Origin: Candidatus Marinacidobacterales bacterium
GTDB lineage: Bacteria; Acidobacteriota; Vicinamibacteria; Marinacidobacterales; SMYC01
Assembly: GCA_965224085.1 (NCBI GenBank)
Contig: CBDCYI010000005.1
Span: 128,001 to 192,000 of the forward strand
Direction: 5' to 3'
DNA: 64,000 nucleotides
The position numbers and the translations under genes were made by a program. Positions 50,873 to 60,303 of this stretch are shown here, one piece after another; the stretch's first letter is position 1, and each line of letters begins with the position of its first letter. The notes beneath the pieces are model-generated. The model saw nothing but the letters and a program-made list of their open reading frames with translations, was not told where the DNA came from and did not search any database.

Positions 50873-50903
50873 TGGGTCCAGTACCTCCACATGGTAACCC
50901 ATC

Positions 50904-50919
50904 TGCAAAGTCAGGGCCA
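50904..50919 (-). promoter_or_regulatory. Sigma54 (-24/-12) promoter of the 39565-50872 operon
   Basis: Minus strand TGGCCC-TGACT-TTGCA, just upstream of a GGAGG RBS. Confidence 0.65.
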
Positions 50920-51089
50920 CAACACCTCTATGGCGCGTAAAGACGCGGAAATCCCCGGATGGCAAGGACTTCCGGTTCCGCCGATCCTGCTGTCAGAGAG
51001 TAAGTTACGCTCAGTCAAGCGACGCGGAGAGGACGAAAACGTCCACTCGAGATGACAGGGCCGCATGCTATTCTTCACAAGCTTCTACC

Positions 51090-52541
51090 ATGATTGAATG
51101 GGTCGCCTCGCATCTCGTTCTCGCAGGCACGGCGTTGGTGGCGGTGTTTGCCGGGGTAGCGGTCGTCCACGCGCTTTTGTTCAAGGATGAAGTCCGCGCG
51201 GCGATCGGGTGGGTGGGTCTCATTCTCCTCGTGCCGCTCTTTGGCTCGGTTCTCTACTACTTGATTGGTATCAATCGCATCCGGCGGAGGGCGGTGGCGC
51301 TTCGCCGGCAAAACAAAGAAAACGCACAAGGCCCGCTCCCCGCGGCCGGCCTCATCCCGGGGGATGTCGCGGCGATCTTGGGGGCTACCGACCAAGCGGT
51401 GGAGCTTGCTCATCTTGTCGGCAACGTGACCTCGCGGCCGCTGCTCGGCGGAAATCTTGTCCAGCCGCTCGTGAATGGCGACGAGGCCTACCCTGCCATG
51501 CTCGAGGCCATTCGGAGCGCCGAGCAGAGCATCGTGCTTCTCACTTATATCTTCGACAACGACTCGGCGGGCCGACAGTTTCTCGACGCGCTCACGGATG
51601 CGACCCATCGCGGGGTTGAAGTCCGTGTCCTCATCGACTCGGTCGGCTCGCGCTACTCGCATCCTCCGATCTCACGGCTTCTGAAACGAAACGGTGTACC
51701 GGTCGCGTCGTTTCTACCTACGTTTTCGACGCGGTTACCGTCGTTCAACTTGCGCAACCACCGCAAGGTCATGGTCGTCGATGGTCGCATCGGTTTCACC
51801 GGTGGGATGAATATTCGTGAGGACTTCGTTCTCGATCCGAAGCCGAAACATCCCGGGATGGACTTGCACTTTCGCGTCGAGGGGCCGGTCGTGCAGCATC
51901 TTCACGAGACCTTTGCCGAGGATTGGGAGTTCACGACGGGGGAGTCACTCGACAGCGCGCGCTGGTTCAAAAAGCTCTTGCCCATCGGCCAAACGATCGC
52001 ACGCGGCATCGTCGACGGCCCCGACGCGGATCTGAACGTTTTGAACTTTACGCTCATGGGCGCCATCGCTTGCGCTACGCGCTCCATCAAGATTGTCACG
52101 CCCTATTTTTTGCCGGACCAAGCGCTCGTCTACGCCCTCAACACGGCCTCGTTGGGCGGTCTCGATGTCGATATCGTTCTGCCCGAGAAGGGCAACTTGA
52201 GACTAGTGAACTGGGCGATGGGGGGGCAGATCGATCAGGTTCTCGAACATGGGTGCCGCATTTGGCTTTCACCGAAGCAGCCTTTCGATCACACCAAGCT
52301 CATGGTAGTGGACGACTATTGGGTCTTGTTCGGGTCGATCAATTGGGACCCGAGAAGCTTGCGCTTGAACTTCGAGTTCAACGTCGAATGCTACGACCGG
52401 GAGCTCGCCGAGCAGATGGGGGACCTCGTGCGGGAGCGGATTGCGAAAGCGCGTCGGCTGACGGCCGAGCAGCATGGGCAGAGAAAACTTCCGGTGCGCC
52501 TTCGAGACGGAGCGGCACGTCTGCTGACACCTTATTTGTAG
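51090..52541 (+). CDS. cls: Cardiolipin synthase
   Basis: N-terminal TM pair; two HKD motifs (HRKVMVVD, HTKLMVVD). Confidence 0.92.
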   Translation: MIEWVASHLVLAGTALVAVFAGVAVVHALLFKDEVRAAIGWVGLILLVPLFGSVLYYLIGINRIRRRAVALRRQNKENAQGPLPAAGLIPGDVAAILGATDQAVELAHLVGNVTSRPLLGGNLVQPLVNGDEAYPAMLEAIRSAEQSIVLLTYIFDNDSAGRQFLDALTDATHRGVEVRVLIDSVGSRYSHPPISRLLKRNGVPVASFLPTFSTRLPSFNLRNHRKVMVVDGRIGFTGGMNIREDFVLDPKPKHPGMDLHFRVEGPVVQHLHETFAEDWEFTTGESLDSARWFKKLLPIGQTIARGIVDGPDADLNVLNFTLMGAIACATRSIKIVTPYFLPDQALVYALNTASLGGLDVDIVLPEKGNLRLVNWAMGGQIDQVLEHGCRIWLSPKQPFDHTKLMVVDDYWVLFGSINWDPRSLRLNFEFNVECYDRELAEQMGDLVRERIAKARRLTAEQHGQRKLPVRLRDGAARLLTPYL

Positions 52542-52673
52542 TGCTCGCTCTCTCTTCAAGCATCGCTGAGCTCGCTCGGCGTGTCGTCGGCCCATTCGGG
52601 GCCGCAGGCTGCTAGAGTGCTATGCTTTCGACCTCACATGAGTCCTGATGACCGGAGTTAGCCGGAAGCAGCT

Positions 52674-53033
52674 TTATTCGCAGCTCGGCGAGACGTGCTT
52701 CAGGGAAGAGATGTTGATTCTGGGCTCGGGGCTGGCTTCGATCAGAAGCCCCTTGATGCGCACTTTGTGACCAAGATGTTTCGGGGCGCTAAACTCGTCG
52801 AGGGTACCTATCAGATGAAAACGCGCTTTGCCTTTGGCGGTGGGATCCAAGTTCTCGTCGATGTCTACCGCCGGGACGGGCTCGGTTGCGTCGGTGAGAA
52901 ACCATTTATCGTCTTCTTCTTGAACGAGGCAGCCCACGGTGCCCATGAGTTGCATGGGTTTGCTCTGGGGAAACGCTATCGCCGCTAAAGCTAGGAGCCC
53001 CAGAAGGACCAGAGCCCTCGAAATCAAAATCAA
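52674..53033 (-). CDS. Small secreted hypothetical protein (possible OB-like fold)
   Basis: Signal peptide; VGCL...GHKVRIKG...SPSC; overlaps the upstream stop. Confidence 0.75.
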   Translation of the reverse strand: MILISRALVLLGLLALAAIAFPQSKPMQLMGTVGCLVQEEDDKWFLTDATEPVPAVDIDENLDPTAKGKARFHLIGTLDEFSAPKHLGHKVRIKGLLIEASPEPRINISSLKHVSPSCE

Positions 53034-54085
53034 TGCTCGTTCTCCGACGTCGTGCTCACCGGAACGAACTTTTGTAAGCGTTGTCCGTAAGTGTCGCCGA
53101 CATAGACAGCGCCTTTGGAGTCGACGGCCAGGCCGTGGGCCCAGTCGAACTCGCCGGGCCCGCGTCCTTGCGCGCCCCAGCGGGTGACAATCTTGCGGTC
53201 TCTCAGTGAGACTTTGAGGACCTGCTCCGATTCGTGCTCGGTCATGAACATGTGCTTTTCGTCGGGAGCGAGCGCGATGCCCCAGATATAGCCGAGGCCG
53301 TCGAGCTGGCCTTTGTAGTTGCCGTCGGTGTCGAACATCTGGACACGGTGGTTCTCGCGGTCGAGCACGTAGACTTTATCGTTCGAGTCCACGACGACCG
53401 CATGCGGCAAATGGAACTCGCCGGGCTTCGTGCTCGTATCCTCGGGACCACCGCCCCATTGTTTGATGAACTTGCCGTCGGGCGAATATTTTGCCACGCG
53501 GTTGTTGCCGTAGCCGTCGGCAATCAGAATCTCGCCTTTACTCGTGGTCGCGACATCCGCCGGGCGGTCGAGATGGGTCGCGTCGTAGCCCGCCTCGTCT
53601 TTCACGCCGATCTCGACGAGGACCCTCTTCATCTCGGGATCCATCTTGAGGATCCGATGCGCATCCTCATCGACGAGCCAAACGTTCCCATCACGGTCGA
53701 CTTTGATGAAGTGCGGCACGGTGCCCGTGACGCCAATGGCGCCCGAGCGGAGGTACTTGCCGTTCGCGTCGAACACGATGACGGGATGCTTGCCGCGATT
53801 AAAGACATAGATGTGGTCGTTCTCATCTATCGCGACGCCCGAAACGCCTGGCTGGAGATTGGGCGTCCGCGGCGGTGGCGTTTCACCTCTTGCTACCGCC
53901 TGTGCGCGCTTTTTCTCGCGCTCCGCCCGCATTTCAGCGCGAGCGTCCGGCATGGGGAAGTCCTGCGGGTGGCCGAGATACATCCCGTCTGGGATCGTCG
54001 GCCAGTTTTCGACGAGACGATACTCGGGCGCATCTTGGAGCCCGAGAAGCGCCAAAGAGCTCAGCATCAATATTAGTGTCTTCAT
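53030..54085 (-). CDS. NHL-repeat peptidyl-alpha-hydroxyglycine alpha-amidating lyase (PAL)-like protein
   Basis: VPH, ADGYGNNRV, FHLPH, DRENHR, FDWAH motifs; signal peptide. Confidence 0.85.
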   Translation of the reverse strand: MKTLILMLSSLALLGLQDAPEYRLVENWPTIPDGMYLGHPQDFPMPDARAEMRAEREKKRAQAVARGETPPPRTPNLQPGVSGVAIDENDHIYVFNRGKHPVIVFDANGKYLRSGAIGVTGTVPHFIKVDRDGNVWLVDEDAHRILKMDPEMKRVLVEIGVKDEAGYDATHLDRPADVATTSKGEILIADGYGNNRVAKYSPDGKFIKQWGGGPEDTSTKPGEFHLPHAVVVDSNDKVYVLDRENHRVQMFDTDGNYKGQLDGLGYIWGIALAPDEKHMFMTEHESEQVLKVSLRDRKIVTRWGAQGRGPGEFDWAHGLAVDSKGAVYVGDTYGQRLQKFVPVSTTSENEH

Positions 54086-54684
54086 CGTCTTTCGAACTCC
54101 TTCCGCCACCACGGATGTCCAAAATTGGTAAAAGGGCCGCCGTCGACGGAGATCTTGGTTTGGACCTTGAAATTGACGGGCGAGACCATCCGCGTCTGAT
54201 ATTGGAGTTGTACCGTGTGCCCATTCGCCGGAAACGGCGGCGTTTGATAATGGATGGTGTAGAAGCCGCCGAAATCGCCACCGATGGGCCCCGTCTTGAG
54301 GATCTCGAAACCTCGGCTATCCTTTTCGAGGCGGACGAAAATCTTCTGCTCCTTCTCGTAGACGATGGTCGCGTCCACGGTGAAGGGACCGTCCGGGCCT
54401 ACCGCTTCGATCTTGCTCGTGTAATAGCGGCCGTCCTCGCTCGGTGCGAAGACTTCTGTGCCCTTGATGGTCCCCGCGGCGCCGAGTGGGCTTTCGGGAA
54501 CGCGCCACTCGAAATCCCATTTGCCGGGGAAGTAGATGTCATAGTCGAAGAGCGGAACTTCGTCGTCCTTTTCGGTAGGCCGGCCGTGATCCGGAATCTG
54601 TCCCTTGGGAAGATCCGGCTTTTCCTGCTGCGGGTGCGCGACGCTCAGAGCGAGCGCGACGACCCAGATGCAAACCTGAAACAT
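54082..54684 (-). CDS. Secreted beta-rich hypothetical protein
   Basis: Signal peptide; FPGKWDFEW; coupled to both neighbours. Confidence 0.8.
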   Translation of the reverse strand: MFQVCIWVVALALSVAHPQQEKPDLPKGQIPDHGRPTEKDDEVPLFDYDIYFPGKWDFEWRVPESPLGAAGTIKGTEVFAPSEDGRYYTSKIEAVGPDGPFTVDATIVYEKEQKIFVRLEKDSRGFEILKTGPIGGDFGGFYTIHYQTPPFPANGHTVQLQYQTRMVSPVNFKVQTKISVDGGPFTNFGHPWWRKEFERR

Positions 54685-54690
54685 TGCAGG

Positions 54691-56139
54691 CTATTGATTG
54701 TCGTTGTCGGTTGCCGTGTCGAGCTTGGTGAGATCCTGGCTGTCGATCGTGTACTCGGTGAATGCCTGGTACATCTCGTCCCAGCTCTGCTCGCCCCAGT
54801 AGACCTCGAGCTGCGGTCCCGGATTCCAGCGATTGTAGAGCGAGTTGTCGTAGACCCCGATCGCCGTAATCTTGCTGCCCGCCGTGATTTTCAAGGGTTC
54901 GACGAGCTCGTAGTGAATCTGCCAGTTGAAGTCGAACTCCGGAACGTCGAGGATGATGTCTTCCCGTCCGTCGGGCCAGGTAACGATCCACTTCAAGCTC
55001 TTGCCGCGCAAGTGCATGTGCGGCGACAAGCCATAGAGCGTGATGTCCTCGGTGACGGGCGTGATGCCGGTGATCTTCCAATCTTCCGCGTATGCCGGAA
55101 TCGTCGGGATCTTCGGGCGCACGGGCTTGCCGTTCTCGTCGGTCGTGGAGACGATCTCTTCACCGTTCACGATATAGATGTCGTGGCCGAAAGGGTCGGT
55201 CGGGACCGGGTTGCCGCCTTGGCGCGTCAACACTTCGTGTGTCACGGGCTTCGTGTTGAACCATACGCCGAGCTTCGAGCGATCCGTCTCGGGCTTGCCG
55301 GTGGGGTTGTAGTGCATCGTGAAGCGGACATATTTGCCGGCTGTGATGCGCTTGCCGGTCCCGGGGCGATGGCTCTCGACGCCACGTCCCGGCACGAAGG
55401 AGAGGAGCTTGCTCGTACCCTTTAGGTTGAACTGGTTGAAGACTGCTTGCTGGATACGATTCTCGGCATCTTCCGATTTGCGCTCGCGCTCGCGCTTGTT
55501 GGCCTCGCTGCGCGTGAGAGGCTCGCCCTCGAGCGTGACGAGCTTGCCTTCGACCACTTTCGTATCGGGCGGCAAGTCGACGACATAGGCGCCCGCGTGG
55601 TGAACGATTGCGGGGTTACTTGGACGCAGCTCCAGGATCTCCGCGAAGCGATCGACGACCCACGGGACCTTGACGTAGAAATCGAGATACTCTTCTTCAC
55701 CTTCCGCCGGGATCTCGCACTCGACCGGTAACTCGAACACGAAATCGGGGACGCGTCCTACCGTCCACCCGTTGGAGAACTCGGGCATGCTCGGAGGCTC
55801 GCCGTCGCCTCGCGGCGCGCCACCATCGGCCCAAGCGGCGATGATGCCGATCTCCTCCTCGGTGAGCCGGCGCTCGTTACGCATCGGGAAGGAGTGAGCC
55901 GGATCGGCCAGCCACGGGGGCATTTCACCGGTTTCGGTGGTCGATTTGATGGCCTGGGCCCACGGGCGTACTTCCTTATAGTCGCGCAGCGGCATCGGCC
56001 CAATCTCGCCAGGGCGGTGACAGCTCACACAATTCTCGTAGAGAATCGGCGCAACATCTTTGGTGAAGGTGGGGGTCTCCGCCGCCGCCATGGCGGACGC
56101 GAGAACCAACACTATCAGTAAGAACGAGAGGCGTTTCAT
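54691..56139 (-). CDS. Cytochrome c-fused copper type II (PHM/DBH-like) monooxygenase
   Basis: CVSCH heme motif; IVHHA, MHY, PHMHLRG, WDEM copper-ligand motifs. Confidence 0.85.
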   Translation of the reverse strand: MKRLSFLLIVLVLASAMAAAETPTFTKDVAPILYENCVSCHRPGEIGPMPLRDYKEVRPWAQAIKSTTETGEMPPWLADPAHSFPMRNERRLTEEEIGIIAAWADGGAPRGDGEPPSMPEFSNGWTVGRVPDFVFELPVECEIPAEGEEEYLDFYVKVPWVVDRFAEILELRPSNPAIVHHAGAYVVDLPPDTKVVEGKLVTLEGEPLTRSEANKRERERKSEDAENRIQQAVFNQFNLKGTSKLLSFVPGRGVESHRPGTGKRITAGKYVRFTMHYNPTGKPETDRSKLGVWFNTKPVTHEVLTRQGGNPVPTDPFGHDIYIVNGEEIVSTTDENGKPVRPKIPTIPAYAEDWKITGITPVTEDITLYGLSPHMHLRGKSLKWIVTWPDGREDIILDVPEFDFNWQIHYELVEPLKITAGSKITAIGVYDNSLYNRWNPGPQLEVYWGEQSWDEMYQAFTEYTIDSQDLTKLDTATDNDNQ

Positions 56140-56199
56140 CGGCTAGCCCTCCGAGATCAGTGCAATCTACGGGCTGACCGTGGAGATGTCAATTGGGGC

Positions 56200-56249
56200 C
56201 TAGTATCATTCCAGTGCTTGCCGATGACCTTTTTTCAGCATCCTGCTAG
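56200..56249. mobile_element. MITE scar / solo terminal repeat
   Basis: CTAG...GATGACCTTTTTTCAGCATCCTG-CTAG resembles the end of a common CTAG-targeting MITE. Confidence 0.45.
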
Positions 56250-56262
56250 TACGAAGGGGGCC

Positions 56263-57369
56263 GTGCGCGTCATCCTCAGTGTCAGTTTTTTGCTCGCAAG
56301 CTTTTGCGGCTCGAGCGCCTTGGCGCATGATTTGGAGTTCACCTACACCATTGTCCTGCTGCGGGCCGACGGTAAATTCCAAGTGGATGTCACCTGCGAT
56401 CTCGACGCGCTCGCTCTCGGCGTCGCGCCGGGGGTCGACTCGGAGCAAGCGGTGCGGCGGCTGCGTGCCCTCCCAGTCGGAGAGCTCGAGCGCCGGGTCG
56501 AGCAAGTTCGCGATCGACTCGCGGACCTGGTGACGGTGAGCTTCGACGGTGTCGCGATGTCGATCCGCCCGCGTCTTCCGGATTACGGCCACAGCGAGGA
56601 AGCCCCCATCCCGACCATCCTCGGGCTGACCGCACGTTTCCGAGGTGCGATCCCGCCGGATGCCGAACGGATCGGGCTTCGCGTCGACCGTTTGTTCCCG
56701 CCGGTCTATCTGACGGTCATGGACGAAGCGGCGGATATCGTCGCGCACCAAGTCCTGACGCGTGGCGACGACAGCGATCCTTTTGCGCTGATCCCGAGCT
56801 CGAGAACGCCACCATCTAGGCTCACGGTCGCCCGGCGCTATTTTCGCCTCGGGATCTGGCACATCGTCCCCGAAGGCCTCGACCACATCTTGTTTGTTTT
56901 GGGCTTGTTTCTTTTGAGCACGCGGCTGCGTCCGCTGCTCATTCAAGTCACCGCGTTCACCGTCGCGCATACGGCAACGCTGGCCCTCTCGGCGTATGGC
57001 ATCGTGCGCTTGCCGCCCTCGGTGGTCGAGCCACTCATCGCTTTTTCCATCGCTTATGTTGCCATCGAGAACCTCGTAACGCGCGAGCTCAAGCCGTGGC
57101 GTCCCCTTGTCGTGTTTCTTTTTGGGCTTTTGCACGGAATGGGCTTCGCCGGGTTTCTCGGGGAGCTCGGCATCCCCGAGCAACAATTCCTCACCGCGCT
57201 CGTGAGCTTCAACCTCGGTGTAGAAGCCGGCCAACTCAGTGTTGTCACCGCCGCGTTCTTGACGATTGGCTGGTTTCACGACAAGTCGTGGTATCGCGCG
57301 CGAGTGACGATCCCGCTTTCGCTCGGGATCGCGGCGATGGGCCTATACTGGGCAGCCACGAGGCTATGA
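56263..57369 (+). CDS. HupE/UreJ family protein
   Basis: ALAHD N-terminus; GIWHIVPEGLDHILF, AFTVAHT, FGLLHGMGFA, FNLGVEAGQ. Confidence 0.9.
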   Translation: MRVILSVSFLLASFCGSSALAHDLEFTYTIVLLRADGKFQVDVTCDLDALALGVAPGVDSEQAVRRLRALPVGELERRVEQVRDRLADLVTVSFDGVAMSIRPRLPDYGHSEEAPIPTILGLTARFRGAIPPDAERIGLRVDRLFPPVYLTVMDEAADIVAHQVLTRGDDSDPFALIPSSRTPPSRLTVARRYFRLGIWHIVPEGLDHILFVLGLFLLSTRLRPLLIQVTAFTVAHTATLALSAYGIVRLPPSVVEPLIAFSIAYVAIENLVTRELKPWRPLVVFLFGLLHGMGFAGFLGELGIPEQQFLTALVSFNLGVEAGQLSVVTAAFLTIGWFHDKSWYRARVTIPLSLGIAAMGLYWAATRL

Positions 57370-58214
57370 GCTACCGCGAGCTGACGCCGTCTGGATTTGG
57401 CTGGGAGCTATCCGAGCTCGATCCGGCGCGAGCGATGGAGGCGTTCCACAGCTCGGGCGGATTCATCTTGATTCGCAACCAGCAAAGGTTGGAGCCGAGA
57501 GAGCTCATGAACGTTGCGACCCTTTTCGGCGAGCTCGAGCTCAACGAGAAATACGACCCGAATTTCCTGCTCCCGGATCATCCGGAGATTCTTCGCCTCG
57601 GTAATCTTCGGGAGAACGGCAAGTATCGCTCCCTCTTCGTCCAAGCCGACCCGCCGCCGCTCCTGTGGCACACGGACGATTCTTTTCGCATCCCACAGCC
57701 ACTCGGATCTTGTCTCTTGTGCGTGAAGACGCCGCCGTCGGGCGGCGAAACGGGCTTCGCGGGCATGGCGGCTGCCTATGACGCGCTGCCGGAAGCAACG
57801 AAGCGCCGCATCGACGGCCTCACGACGACGCACTCCTATCATTATTTAAACGAGATCCTGAGGCGCCGGAACCCGCACCGGCAGCCTTTGAGCGAGGAGC
57901 TCCGGGCGAATCACCCGCCGGTCGAGCGGCCCTTGGTCGCGCGCCATCCGGTGACGGGTCGCAAGTCCCTGTATCTTCCGAAGTGTCACATCGAGTCGAT
58001 CCACGGCCTCTCGCCCGAGGAGGCCGAGTCACTTCTGAGCGAGCTTCTGGAGCACGCGACGGGAGAGGATTTCGCCTTTATGCATCGCTGGGCGCCTGGG
58101 GATATTGTCGTGTGGGACAACCGCTCGGTCTTACACGCGCCATCGCCATTCGACGACACGCGCTACGATCGTCTGCTTTATAGCCTTACGATGAAAGGCG
58201 AACAAGTCTCGTGA
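57366..58214 (+). CDS. TauD/TfdA family Fe(II)/2-oxoglutarate dioxygenase
   Basis: WHTD, GGETGF, HPVTGRKSLY, WDNRSVLH; ATGA overlap with hupE/ureJ. Confidence 0.9.
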   Translation: MSYRELTPSGFGWELSELDPARAMEAFHSSGGFILIRNQQRLEPRELMNVATLFGELELNEKYDPNFLLPDHPEILRLGNLRENGKYRSLFVQADPPPLLWHTDDSFRIPQPLGSCLLCVKTPPSGGETGFAGMAAAYDALPEATKRRIDGLTTTHSYHYLNEILRRRNPHRQPLSEELRANHPPVERPLVARHPVTGRKSLYLPKCHIESIHGLSPEEAESLLSELLEHATGEDFAFMHRWAPGDIVVWDNRSVLHAPSPFDDTRYDRLLYSLTMKGEQVS

Positions 58215-58259
58215 ATGAAGAGCCGTTCATCGCGACGCTCGTTCCCGCCCATCGAGCAT

Positions 58260-58618
58260 CGCACGTGGACGGTGAAGATCACCATGAAGCCGACCTGGGC
58301 CGTCAGGATGACCAGCATGGGAATCGCTACGTGCGCGAGCTGCGCGAGGTCGACGCTCATTGCGGCGACGGCGAGAAACAAATTGAGGCAGAGGAACATC
58401 ATGAGCGCTACGACCCGATCGCGGATCCAAGGACGACCGGTGAGCTCGAGACTGCTGCGAAGCGCGATGCCCACGATCATCGCGCCGATGTAACCCGGAA
58501 GCACGAGAGGGGCGCCCGCGAGCTCGATCGAGCCGAGCCCATAACTCACCCACGCACCCAGCTTGAGGGAGACCGCCCACCACGCTGTGATCTCCAAGGG
58601 TCCGGGCTCTAAGGACAT
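58260..58618 (-). pseudogene. Internal fragment of a sodium/glutamate symporter (GltS family)
   Basis: LPGYIGAMIVG...LNLFLAVAAMSVDLAQLAHVAIPMLVILTAQ. Confidence 0.65.
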
Positions 58619-58729
58619 ATTTGGCCGTGCACGTTGCCTTCTTCTCTAGGTTATCCTAGCAACTTCGGCTGAGGCCTTTCCGCGCGAACCGTTGGAAGTA
58701 AAACCCCAGTCGACTCCAGGAGGACGCGC

Positions 58730-59884
58730 ATGGTTTTGAATCTCGCACGGTGGATCTTTATCCTTTTGGCGATCGTGCGGCCGCAACGAGGCTTCACTCA
58801 GCCACCGCTCGACGATACGGAGCGCTTGCTCGAGGAATTGACCAATGCGCACGGGGTGAGCGGATTCGAGGGCGAGGTCCGCGAGATCCTTCGTCGCGAG
58901 TGGCGTGAGCTGCTCCCCGATCTTCACACCGACGGTATCGGCAATCTTCTGGGCACGCTCCCCGGCGGTCCCGACGGGCCGCGCGTTCTCGTCATGGCGC
59001 ATATGGACGAAGTCGGCTTTCTTGTCCGCCATATCGATGACGACGGATTCGTCTACATTAATAATGTTGGCGGTTATTTTGCTCAAAGCGTGCTCACGCA
59101 GCGATTGTCGATCCTCACGGCGACGGGACGCGTCGTCGGCTATACCGGGATGAAGTCGGGTCACATCCTCCGCCCCGCGGAGCGAAACCAGATGGTCCCG
59201 CTCGAGCGCATGTTCATCGACGTGGGGGCGCGCAGCCGCGCTGAGGTGCTGGCGATGGGTATCCGACCCGGTCTCCCCGTCGCCTATGAGACCGCGTTCG
59301 AAAAGCTCGGCGACACAGGCCGCTACCTCGCCAAGGCCTGGGACGATCGGGTCGGGCTTGCAGTGTTAACCCAAGCCCTTCGCCAGCTCGGCCCTCATCC
59401 CAATCAAGTACAGGTCGCGGCGACGGTCCAAGAAGAGATTGGCTTGAGAGGGGCCGCGGTCGTCGAAGAGAGCCTGCACCCGGATATCGTCATCAACCTC
59501 GAGATTGGTATTGCTTCCGACTTTCCACTCTTGACCTCACCCACTTTGTCCCAAGAGGCTCTCGGAGACGGCCCTGGGATATTCGTCTTCGACCGAAGCA
59601 TGATCCCGAACAACCAGTTCATCGATTGGATTATCGACGTCGCCCGCCAAAACGCGATCCCAATCCAGTTCGAGTCGGTCTCGGGCTATGGGGAGGATGG
59701 CGCCCAGCTGCAACGCTCGGCCCGAGGCATCCCCGCGGTGAATATTGGTATCCCGACGCGCTACGGACACAGCCAATCGGGCGTGATCGACCGCGCGGAT
59801 TACGACAACACCGTGAAGCTTGTGCGGTGCATGATCGAAGGCCTGTCCGATCAAGCCGTCCAGCAGATTCGAACGTTCGAGTGA
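58730..59884 (+). CDS. M42 family metallopeptidase
   Basis: GVSGFE, AHMDEVG, KAWDDR, VQEEIG, PTRYGHS. Confidence 0.92.
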   Translation: MVLNLARWIFILLAIVRPQRGFTQPPLDDTERLLEELTNAHGVSGFEGEVREILRREWRELLPDLHTDGIGNLLGTLPGGPDGPRVLVMAHMDEVGFLVRHIDDDGFVYINNVGGYFAQSVLTQRLSILTATGRVVGYTGMKSGHILRPAERNQMVPLERMFIDVGARSRAEVLAMGIRPGLPVAYETAFEKLGDTGRYLAKAWDDRVGLAVLTQALRQLGPHPNQVQVAATVQEEIGLRGAAVVEESLHPDIVINLEIGIASDFPLLTSPTLSQEALGDGPGIFVFDRSMIPNNQFIDWIIDVARQNAIPIQFESVSGYGEDGAQLQRSARGIPAVNIGIPTRYGHSQSGVIDRADYDNTVKLVRCMIEGLSDQAVQQIRTFE

Positions 59885-60137
59885 CGGTCAACCATCGATG
59901 ACTGTGTATGGCGTTGGCGGCCGTAGCCCATCGACTTCACGCATGCGTTTCGCGATAGGAGCAAGCGAGTTTACCTCCCCTGGACGAGGCGTTCAAGTTC
60001 TCACCCGCGGCGTAAGCAATACTCTACGAGGCACAGCCTGAGTCCGGAAAAACGGATGTTATAGTGTGTTCTTGTGCGTCCAGGCTTCCAACACCGCGCC
60101 GTGGTTTCGGTACGGATCCCGTTCCAGGCGAGATCGA

Positions 60138-60302
60138 CTAGTCCCCTGGAACAGAGGTTCGTGGCCTAAAGCTCGAGGTCATTTTGTGGGCTGGCAAGGC
60201 GTGACGACGAAGTCATATTGGGATATTTCGAGGAGAAACAACGCAGCCAGCGCGCAAAAGGGCCCGAGATTTAGGTTACGAATCTCTGTTCCAGGGGACT
60301 AG
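60138..60302. mobile_element. 157-bp MITE (60142-60298) with long TIRs and CTAG target duplication
   Basis: CTAG-TCCCCTGGAACAGAGGTTCGTGGCCTAAA...TTTAGGTTACGAATCTCTGTTCCAGGGGA-CTAG; internal GCAAGGCG...CAACGCAGC core. Confidence 0.9.
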
Positions 60303-60303
60303 C

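Noticed and set aside
52645-52670. CTGATGA followed by a CCGG-AGTTAG-CCGG hairpin, resembling a hammerhead ribozyme core
   Set aside because: Followed by AAG rather than the required GAAA, and no convincing stems I or III
53875-55425. 516-aa plus-strand ORF and other long opposite-strand ORFs (2718-3968, 48779-49981, 46663-47766)
   Set aside because: Antisense shadows of motif-bearing genes in GC-rich DNA; no recognisable motifs
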